From contig JACROF010000014.1 of assembly GCA_016214555.1 (NCBI GenBank), positions 1 through 45,035 of the forward strand: a stretch of DNA of 45,035 nucleotides, written 5' to 3'. The translations under genes were made by a program, and so were the position numbers. Positions 1 through 7,860 of this stretch are shown piece by piece. A model generated the notes under the pieces. That model was given only the letters and a program-made list of their open reading frames with translations, did no database searches and was not told the DNA's origin. The first letter of the stretch is position 1, and the number at the start of each line of letters is the position of its first letter. This DNA comes from Candidatus Levyibacteriota bacterium. GTDB taxonomy: Bacteria > Patescibacteriota > Microgenomatia > Levybacterales > UBA12049.

Positions 1-393
<393 letters not shown>

Positions 394-647
394 AAATTTT
401 AACTTTGAATCTTTTATTAGAGGCATAATCTAATGACGAAAGGAGAAGACATAGAACTTGCTCTCAACAGCTCAACTGGGTGAGACAAGGAGATGTGTAT
501 ACAGCAACCAAGCCGAGTGAGTAGGGCTTGAGTAATCTCGTTATCCCGTAAGGGACAATTTGTTTTTAGGTTTTCTTAAGGACAAGTTGACTTAGAGGTT
601 ACATAAAATCTACTCTCGCCTCTCTACCACTTTTTAGTTGTCAAGAT

Positions 648-674
648 AAAAACCACCCCACAGGGTGGTTTTTT
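648..674 (+). terminator. Intrinsic (likely bidirectional) terminator after the 16S trailer
   Basis: AAAAA-CCACCC-caca-GGGTGG-TTTTTT. Confidence 0.9.
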
Positions 675-704
675 GATGGCAAGCTCGTATTTGCATCGTG
701 GCTA

Positions 705-713
705 TGATAAAAT
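705..713 (+). promoter_or_regulatory. Extended -10 promoter for the tRNA-Cys transcript
   Basis: TGaTAAAAT just downstream of the terminator, about 110 nt upstream of tRNA-Cys. Confidence 0.55.
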
Positions 714-727
714 TACATACAGTTTGG

Positions 728-827
728 CGCGCCCTGTACAAAGTTTGTTGTATCGTAAATACTTTGATGGGGCTTGGATAAAATTGTTTGTTTCAGTTTT
801 TCCAAACCAGACTTTGTACAGGGCGCG
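728..827 (+). repeat. 17-bp perfect inverted repeat whose right arm overlaps the tRNA-Cys 5' end
   Basis: CGCGCCCTGTACAAAGT (728-744) / ACTTTGTACAGGGCGCG (811-827). Confidence 0.9.
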
Positions 828-894
828 GTGGTGAAGTGGTTAACACAGCTGTTTGCAAAACAGCCATTCGTCGGTTCGAGTCCGATTCGCGCCT
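822..894 (+). tRNA. tRNA-Cys(GCA), CCA not encoded
   Basis: Acceptor GGCGCGG/TCGCGCC, anticodon arm GCTGT-ttGCAaa-ACAGC, T arm GTCGG-TTCGAGT-CCGAT, U73 discriminator. Confidence 0.97.
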
Positions 895-1013
895 CATCGT
901 TGGAATGCGACATGCAATCTCTGTTATTTGCTATACAAATAACTTCGATATTTCGTCGATTCCTCCTCTTAAAATTCCTGCGGAATTTTAGTGAGTTTTA
1001 AGAATGATTATAT

Positions 1014-1388
1014 ATGGAAAAGGGAGATAAGATTGTCGAAGGTTTTACGACAGATGAAATAGGTTATAGTGAGTCTAAGGTTGATCAAAATACTGAGCTT
1101 CAGGCTGGTCAGTGGCTCGATTTTCAAAAAGGTTCTGGATCTAACTTTTCGCAAACCCTTAGAAAAAGCTTGGTTGAACTTTTTGAGAGAAATAACAATG
1201 AATTACAAAACATATCCGATGAGGCATTGATGGTTTTCCAAAAAGGTGGGCAAATATCAGATGAGCTGACTGATGTTATTTTATATCTTCAGGATATTCA
1301 AAAATTACTCTTGAGAGCTTTGAATGATGATGAAACGACACTTACCTGGGCAAAGCTTCCCAAGGAGGTACAGAATCTGCTAAAATAG
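1014..1388 (+). CDS. Hypothetical acidic protein, 124 aa
   Basis: Open ORF filling the gap between the two tRNAs; no recognised motif. Confidence 0.75.
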   Translation: MEKGDKIVEGFTTDEIGYSESKVDQNTELQAGQWLDFQKGSGSNFSQTLRKSLVELFERNNNELQNISDEALMVFQKGGQISDELTDVILYLQDIQKLLLRALNDDETTLTWAKLPKEVQNLLK

Positions 1389-1393
1389 CATTC

Positions 1394-1462
1394 TAGCTAA
1401 TAGTACATAGTTAATAGATATAGTGAATAAAGCCTTATCTATTATCTATCGACTATTAGCTA
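1394..1462. repeat. Heptamer-periodic inverted repeat hairpin
   Basis: TAGCTAATAGT (1394-1404) / ACTATTAGCTA (1452-1462); TAG recurs at 1394, 1401, 1408, 1415. Confidence 0.75.
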
Positions 1463-1474
1463 TTTATTAAAAAA

Positions 1475-1546
1475 GGGTCGTTGGTTCAGCGGTAGAACGC
1501 GTTCCTGATAAGAACGAAGTGGATGGTTCGACTCCATCACGACCCA
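1475..1546 (+). tRNA. tRNA-Ile(GAU), CCA not encoded
   Basis: Acceptor GGGTCGT/ACGACCC, anticodon arm CGTTC-ctGATaa-GAACG, T arm GATGG-TTCGACT-CCATC. Confidence 0.97.
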
Positions 1547-2814
1547 CTTTTTATTTTCATCCAAAAATCATCTTGTCTGCAGAGTTTTTTTTGATCTTCT
1601 TTATTTTTTAATATTACTTTTACTGCTTCTTCAAGAAAAATAGTATTCTGAGATCCTTTGGCAAGAACGATACTATCATTGGTAAGATTGTCTTTCATAA
1701 AATACTGACGAGTGAGTGGACCGACAAGATAAAGATAATCAACGATTCCAATTATTTTTTTTGCCACCTCTTCGTGTTCGATTTGCGATTCTTGTCCCAG
1801 CTCTCTCATATCACCCATGAGAAAAACAACTTGATGATCTGTCTCTTTTTTTAACGTATCAACAAGATCCAAAAAAGTAACAATAGATGCTTTGGAGGCA
1901 TTGTATGTTGCATCAATAATAATGCTACTGTTAATTCCTTCAAAAATACTCGATCTCCCCTTAGGAGTTTCATAATTTTTTTCTATTGACTCTTTGATTT
2001 GCTTCGGGGACAGATCAGCTTGTAACCCAACGAGTATTGCAGCGGAAAATACTTCTCGATACTCCTGAGGAAAAATATGATGGTTGAAAGTTAAGCTCAA
2101 TTCTTGATGCTTATCATCGTGTTTTATGAAAAAAGTGAACGATGTACCTTTGCGGCTGACATCATATTTTCCATATGAAATATCATACATACTTTTTGTG
2201 CCAAAAGTGAGTAGTTTTTGTGATTCTTGTACTTTTTCAATATATGGAGAAATGACTGCGTCATCTGCATTGTATATTCCTACTTTGCATCCTGATGCAG
2301 TGATAATTTTTGTATCCTCCTTTGCAATATTTCCAATGACAGTTTTAAGTCTTTCTTCTTCAGAAAGACCTTCTTTTTTTACAGTTTTATCAAATTGGAG
2401 TGAGTGAGTTGCCGATACGTTCAAAGAAATGGCGATATCTGGCTTGAGTATCGTTAAGAGGTAGGTCATGTTTTTTGGAGCATCTGGTTCATCAATGCCC
2501 ATTTCGGCAATAAGATATTTTGTATCTTCAAGAAAATCTATGTTAAAAGGGGATCTTACAACCATTTTTATCCAGTCTATTTTTGAATAATTTTCAGGCT
2601 TCATTCCAAGAATTCCCAAGGGAATTCCGGTTTCGGAATTACCAACAGACTTTGTTGGAAAGTGATCTTTAAGAACTGCCTCAATTGCATTTCGCGTAGA
2701 AGATTTTCCAACAGATCCAGCTATACCAATGATGGTAGGTTGATGTTTATCTAGTGCTTTTTTTGCAAAAAATCGAAGGTAGGAAAGAGTAGGTTTTGTG
2801 AAAAGTTTCTTCAC
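1537..2814 (-). CDS. murF: UDP-N-acetylmuramoyl-tripeptide--D-Ala-D-Ala ligase (short form lacking the N-terminal domain)
   Basis: GIAGSVGKSS P-loop, EMG, IIDATYNAS, GDMRELG, KGSQ motifs; GTG start 6 nt after TGcTATAAT. Confidence 0.9.
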   Translation of the reverse strand: MKKLFTKPTLSYLRFFAKKALDKHQPTIIGIAGSVGKSSTRNAIEAVLKDHFPTKSVGNSETGIPLGILGMKPENYSKIDWIKMVVRSPFNIDFLEDTKYLIAEMGIDEPDAPKNMTYLLTILKPDIAISLNVSATHSLQFDKTVKKEGLSEEERLKTVIGNIAKEDTKIITASGCKVGIYNADDAVISPYIEKVQESQKLLTFGTKSMYDISYGKYDVSRKGTSFTFFIKHDDKHQELSLTFNHHIFPQEYREVFSAAILVGLQADLSPKQIKESIEKNYETPKGRSSIFEGINSSIIIDATYNASKASIVTFLDLVDTLKKETDHQVVFLMGDMRELGQESQIEHEEVAKKIIGIVDYLYLVGPLTRQYFMKDNLTNDSIVLAKGSQNTIFLEEAVKVILKNKEDQKKLCRQDDFWMKIKSGS

Positions 2815-2833
2815 AAAGATATTATAGCAATAC

Positions 2834-4132
2834 TTACGCTAGTTGCCCATGCTCGTTTCGAGCAAAGATTTTCATGTCAACAACTTTGCCTTGGTGAATT
2901 TGCCCAACAATAATCTGGTGAGGATGTCTTTGGTCTGGTAGATTGAGCCAGTCCATAATGTAGGGTTTGGAAATTGCAACTTGTGCAATTTGTTCAGATT
3001 TTTCCATACTTCGTGTTTGGATAAGAAGGGTATGGGTGTTAGAAAATGCTGCTTCTGGGCTGTTAAAATTTCTAGTATTTTGATCAATGGGATAATGAGC
3101 TTGATTAAGAACTTCCTGCAATTTTTCAGGTGCAATAAACTCGTCATCTTCAATGCTCGCACGAGGAACACGTAGCTTGAAGGCAGTATTTGGTCCAAGC
3201 CGATAGATAATACCAAGTGGTCGTGGGTCAGTTGAGAGACTAATAATAGATGGATTTTGTACTTTTAGAGCTTGTCGATAATCAACACCGTTTCTCGCAT
3301 ATTCATTTCTTACTTTTTCCATTTCTTTTTCCCAATCGAGCCAATACTCAATAAGGTTATCTGGCATTTTCATCGCCTGGTCTTCAGTAAGCTTGGGCAT
3401 GCCATCATGATAGATAGCAGGAGCATTGTAATGTCTTTTATCAAAATACTTTGGATTCATTCCTGTTTCACTTGTATATCCGCCTTGTTTGGGGTGATGA
3501 AAATAGCCAACGGGAAGAATAATACCTGTCCTATGGTCAAGTGCAAATGCTCCTACAGGTTTGTCAGTAAGCTCCAGCGTATCTTGAGATGAGTAAATTG
3601 TTTGCATGACAGGATCTTCGTGTCTTACATGTTTGCTTGCAAAATCTTTGTATCCTTCACCGTTTACTTCCTCACCGCTAAGCATTTGCCTTCCATGCTC
3701 ATCAGTTATTCCGCACCCCCTAGGCGCTTTTTTGGGAACAAAAAGCATCCCATCGTGGTGACCTATGAATGCAACTGTTGAGACGCCTTTACTGTTCATA
3801 ATTGCCTCAAATCGTTCCTTGAACTCATCGTCTCCACCAGCTCCAAGTGCTCGAATTGATGCAGTTCTTCTTGCTACTCCTTCTGGGATCCAAGCTCTTG
3901 CATCGCCACATAGAATGCTTGCTATTAATTCACCTTTTTGTTTGTGTTCGTACCATTCATCGAGGTTATCTTTTACTTCAGGAGTACGATTTCTTTCAAG
4001 AAAAAAATCTGGAGTGATATCAAGAAGAGGTTCTATGTACGCATGATCTTCTTCTCTTGTTGAAGAAGCTGTACTATCATGTTGTTTTTCGAATGGTTGT
4101 GGGAGCAAGCCCAATTCTGAAAGGCGTGACAT
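2834..4132 (-). CDS. Beta-carbonic-anhydrase-like protein with a degenerate second domain
   Basis: ILCGDAR (CxDxR), GHHD...GCG metal-ligand pattern; C-terminal half has STDPR at the equivalent position. Confidence 0.55.
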   Translation of the reverse strand: MSRLSELGLLPQPFEKQHDSTASSTREEDHAYIEPLLDITPDFFLERNRTPEVKDNLDEWYEHKQKGELIASILCGDARAWIPEGVARRTASIRALGAGGDDEFKERFEAIMNSKGVSTVAFIGHHDGMLFVPKKAPRGCGITDEHGRQMLSGEEVNGEGYKDFASKHVRHEDPVMQTIYSSQDTLELTDKPVGAFALDHRTGIILPVGYFHHPKQGGYTSETGMNPKYFDKRHYNAPAIYHDGMPKLTEDQAMKMPDNLIEYWLDWEKEMEKVRNEYARNGVDYRQALKVQNPSIISLSTDPRPLGIIYRLGPNTAFKLRVPRASIEDDEFIAPEKLQEVLNQAHYPIDQNTRNFNSPEAAFSNTHTLLIQTRSMEKSEQIAQVAISKPYIMDWLNLPDQRHPHQIIVGQIHQGKVVDMKIFARNEHGQLA

Positions 4133-4224
4133 ACGTTCTTTTTATCTCGAGAGGGTATTATACTCCAATTTTTTTTGAATGCAAGTTTGGAATATAGGCT
4201 CTTTTTTTGGTATAATGCCAGTCT

Positions 4225-5856
4225 ATGTCAAAAAAAATCGCGTCAAAATCATTACCAGAAAATCTAAAGAAACAAGTCCATTCGTTTATCAAACAATTTG
4301 AGTCATACAATGAAAAAAGGCAATTTCCGCGAGATAAAAAAGACTATCTCTTTCTAGAGGATTTTTTCATACAGTTTATTAAAGATAGGAATAGAAGAGC
4401 AGATGAAGTAAGTTCTGTTGAGTACAAGAAGGTTAGAATGATATCCAATGCACAATTTCCTTCAATTACTCTTTGGAATTTATGTATGGATGGACGAGTC
4501 TTAGCAGTTCTTATGAATGGAGCATCAGCTGGCGTTGGAAGTAGTATTAGGGTACCAGGTGGGTTGCTTCGCGAATTTGTCTATGGTGAGAATGGCAACA
4601 TTTTTTTGTTAGAGAATTCAAATTATGCATTTGTCCTTAATCGCGCTCTTAAAAAATTTGGTACAAAGAAAATTTTTGAAATTTATGACAGTCACGTAGG
4701 ATGCGCAGCTCGAAAGGCAGAAGAGATGGCTCACGGGAAATTACCTAATGATGCGGGATTACTTCAGGACGTTATTTATAAAAAGCAAATGGCTGATGCA
4801 ACGGTTCACTTTATCAAAGAACATTTTGACAATGATTTTTCAGTTACTCCAATACAGACAAGTTTTGATCCTCATAACGGATTTATGTATATGGGGCTTG
4901 AGACAGACAAAGCATTATCGTATGCTCGAAAAACTGGAAATGAATATACAGACGAAGTATTAAAAAAACTTGTTGAAAAAAGATTAATTATTTCAACTGA
5001 GGATCTTATAAAAAGAACAGATTTTAATAATCTTTTTGCGAAATATTCATTTTCACTTGATTGGAAATCACAATATCTTCAAAGCGCTAAGCAATTCTGG
5101 ATAACAATTTCAAAAATTAAAATTGAGTCGCTTCCTCTTATTAAAAAGGAACTTCTTGCGATTTACCCTCATCTTTCTTCTCAAAGAGTTGATATGCAGG
5201 ACGAGTTAGCAGAGAGAGCGATGCTTATTTTAACCAATGCATACAGCGGTTTTTTAAGTAACAACATGCAGCAGAGAAAAAAGGCAGGAGAGCATTATCA
5301 TTATCCTTTTGGCGTCCACCGAGAAGAAGGAGTTAAAGTTTCAGAGGGTGGATACCCTCCATATGATATTTCAATGTTTGTTGTTTTTAGTCTTGATAAC
5401 GATAATCTTCCTGCCAATATAGAACTTGCAGCGACTTTAGTAAGAAATAATAGGAGAGATGGACGAGTGTTGGATAGATCGGGGACGTATTCTTCACCGC
5501 AAGAATTTGCAGAAGCCCCCGTTCCTGTAGTAATTCAAGAGATTGTTCGTGAGAAAATTGATGAAAAAGAGTGGGAAAGATTGTCGCAAATAGACTGGAG
5601 TGATTTACCCAAGGATTGGGAGTCGCTTTCTACAAAAATGTTTTTTGAATATCTTCAGAAAAAAGCAAATATGCCAATTGGTATTGCCAATGCAATAAAT
5701 TCGCTTAGGGAAAGAATGCTTGTACTTTATAATCCTCAGCAGCCAACGTCGGGGCATCTTATTCAGAATTTTAAGATTGCACTCCCAATTATTGTTGGGA
5801 GCAATAGAAGGAATTTCTTTGTTATCCCATTTTTAAAGTTGGGTTTTCAGTCTTAG
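4225..5856 (+). CDS. Beta-class carbonic anhydrase-like protein, CsoSCA-like size and layout
   Basis: LCMDGR (CxDxR), RVPGG, SHVGCAA (HxxC); 543 aa. Confidence 0.6.
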   Translation: MSKKIASKSLPENLKKQVHSFIKQFESYNEKRQFPRDKKDYLFLEDFFIQFIKDRNRRADEVSSVEYKKVRMISNAQFPSITLWNLCMDGRVLAVLMNGASAGVGSSIRVPGGLLREFVYGENGNIFLLENSNYAFVLNRALKKFGTKKIFEIYDSHVGCAARKAEEMAHGKLPNDAGLLQDVIYKKQMADATVHFIKEHFDNDFSVTPIQTSFDPHNGFMYMGLETDKALSYARKTGNEYTDEVLKKLVEKRLIISTEDLIKRTDFNNLFAKYSFSLDWKSQYLQSAKQFWITISKIKIESLPLIKKELLAIYPHLSSQRVDMQDELAERAMLILTNAYSGFLSNNMQQRKKAGEHYHYPFGVHREEGVKVSEGGYPPYDISMFVVFSLDNDNLPANIELAATLVRNNRRDGRVLDRSGTYSSPQEFAEAPVPVVIQEIVREKIDEKEWERLSQIDWSDLPKDWESLSTKMFFEYLQKKANMPIGIANAINSLRERMLVLYNPQQPTSGHLIQNFKIALPIIVGSNRRNFFVIPFLKLGFQS

Positions 5857-5873
5857 TAGCATATAATTACTTC

Positions 5874-7226
5874 ATGAAAATTACTTCAATGGATCAAGCG
5901 TATTCCTATCTTGATGATCATATTAGCATGGATGTTTTTAAGAGGTATGATGCTAATAAACATCTTAAGACACCACTTGAACGATTTGCTTATTTTTTAG
6001 AGCTTCTAGGAAATCCTCAAAAAAAATTTAAATCGATTCAAGTTACAGGTACTTCAGGAAAAGGCTCGACAGCGTATTATATTTCTCATTTATTGACAAC
6101 TGCTGGGTATAAAACAGGCTTTACTTTGTCTCCGCATTTACAAAAAATTCATGAGCGAATGCAGATTAATGGAAAAATGCCAACCAATCAGGAGTTTATC
6201 TCAGTACTCAATCAATTAGTGCCAGCTATTGCAAAGATGGCAAATGAGCCAATCGGTAAGCCTTCATATTTTGAGATTGTTGTCGCAATGGCATTTATGC
6301 ATTTTATGAATAATAAAGTAGATGTTGCTGTGGTTGAAGTTGGGCTAGAGGGTAAATTTGATGCAACAAATATACTTGATCCACTTGCTGTTATTTTAAC
6401 AAATGTCTCACTAGACCACACCGCTATTTTAGGTGAAACCGTAGAGCAAATTGCAAAAGAAGTTGTATATGTAATAAAAAAACAAGACAGAAATCCTATT
6501 GTTATTGCGGGGGAATTACAGCCAACTGTTTTTCCAATTGTTGAAAAAAAGTCGCGTGATGTTCATGCGAGATTATTTGTTTACAAAAAGAATTTTTCAG
6601 CAGAAATTGTAAAAAAGTCTTTTAATCAAACTGTATTTAATTTTAAAAATGATCAGAATACCATTGATGGTATTTCGCTATCCTTAAAAGGAGATTATCA
6701 AGTCGACAATGCTGCATTAGCCATTGAAGCAATCAAGCATCTTTCTGAATTTGATATTTCTCATGACATAATGAGACATGCATTCCAGACTGCTTTTTTT
6801 CCAGGAAGGTTTGAGGTTTTCACCTACAGCGGAAAAGTTGTTGTAATTGATGGTGCTCATAATGATGCTAAGATGCACGCATTTTTGGAAGCACTCGAAG
6901 AATATTTTCCAAAAGAAAAAAAATTGTTCGTTGTTGGTTTTAAGAAAGACAAGGATATCAAAACAATGATTACCAAAGTCGTAGACCATGCTGATGAACT
7001 TGTGTTAACTACTTTCCAGAAATTTACTGATCAAAGTAAAAGCTGTGGTCTCAATCCGCAGGAAATTGTCCAATTTTTAAAAAAAGGTGCTCAATACAGC
7101 ATCATTGATGATTCAAAGAGTGCTTTTTCTTATGCAATTAGCAAAGCTAAAAATGATGAAGTTATTGTTATCACAGGGTCGTTATACCTTATCGGTGAGA
7201 TGAGAGACTATCTTACTGAGAGGTAG
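5874..7226 (+). CDS. folC: Folylpolyglutamate/dihydrofolate synthase
   Basis: VTGTSGKGST, SPHL, EVGLEGKFDATN, DHTAILG, DGAHN, TGSLYLIGE. Confidence 0.95.
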   Translation: MKITSMDQAYSYLDDHISMDVFKRYDANKHLKTPLERFAYFLELLGNPQKKFKSIQVTGTSGKGSTAYYISHLLTTAGYKTGFTLSPHLQKIHERMQINGKMPTNQEFISVLNQLVPAIAKMANEPIGKPSYFEIVVAMAFMHFMNNKVDVAVVEVGLEGKFDATNILDPLAVILTNVSLDHTAILGETVEQIAKEVVYVIKKQDRNPIVIAGELQPTVFPIVEKKSRDVHARLFVYKKNFSAEIVKKSFNQTVFNFKNDQNTIDGISLSLKGDYQVDNAALAIEAIKHLSEFDISHDIMRHAFQTAFFPGRFEVFTYSGKVVVIDGAHNDAKMHAFLEALEEYFPKEKKLFVVGFKKDKDIKTMITKVVDHADELVLTTFQKFTDQSKSCGLNPQEIVQFLKKGAQYSIIDDSKSAFSYAISKAKNDEVIVITGSLYLIGEMRDYLTER

Positions 7227-7860
7227 TTGTCACTGTTGGATTTTTGAGAATAATCGTTGTTCCAGTTGTTTTGATCAGAACATTTTGTCCACGAGCTTCA
7301 CCACTAACTAAAGATTTTTCAAGAAGGCTTATTTCTGTTTTGGGATTTGTACTTGTTAAAAGAGGAGTAAATGTCATGGTAGCAACAATACCGGTTCCTG
7401 ATCGTGATTCATTGGATGAGTTAGGTACGAGCGCATAGGTAACTCGTCCTGAGTTTGGATTTACTCCGCCAATTGGGAGAACGCTGGGATTGGTAAAAAA
7501 CGTTCCTGGTTTTAAGGTAACATTTGTTATTGCTTTGGGATCATAGGCGATTTCAAGCTGAACAGATCTTACTTCATTTCCTCCTGTATCGATTGCTATA
7601 TCAAGAGTTGATGAAGTTGATCCTGAAACGCTCAAAGGATTGGGCGTCAAAGAGAGGGATGTGCGCCCAGGCACTAATGGAGTTGGAGTTGGCGTAGGGT
7701 CAGTTGTCGATATTTGCTGTGGTTTTTGAGGCTTTGTGAGAATAGCAACCATCACTAGGATAATAGTAAGTATCAAAAGGACAATAATAAGACCAAGAGT
7801 TTTTCGAGACATAGTAGTATGTCCATTATAAGTGTCTTTTTGTTGTGTGCGCAAGTCCAT
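7213..7860 (-). CDS. Membrane-anchored cohesin-domain protein
   Basis: N-terminal TM helix, PTPTPTP linker, cohesin-like IDTGGNEVRSVQLEIAYDP...SGTGIVATMTF; start overlaps upstream stop (TAATG); alternative ATG at 7812. Confidence 0.8.
   Translation of the reverse strand: MDLRTQQKDTYNGHTTMSRKTLGLIIVLLILTIILVMVAILTKPQKPQQISTTDPTPTPTPLVPGRTSLSLTPNPLSVSGSTSSTLDIAIDTGGNEVRSVQLEIAYDPKAITNVTLKPGTFFTNPSVLPIGGVNPNSGRVTYALVPNSSNESRSGTGIVATMTFTPLLTSTNPKTEISLLEKSLVSGEARGQNVLIKTTGTTIILKNPTVTTTSQ

Noticed and set aside
430-443. CTAATGACGAAAGG resembling a hammerhead ribozyme core
   Set aside because: Core deviates from CUGAUGA and there is no stem II between it and GAAA
822-1546. tRNA-targeted integrative element
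   Set aside because: No integrase and no duplicated tRNA 3' end noticed in the window
2834-5856. Carboxysome locus
   Set aside because: No RuBisCO, CsoS2 or BMC shell genes nearby
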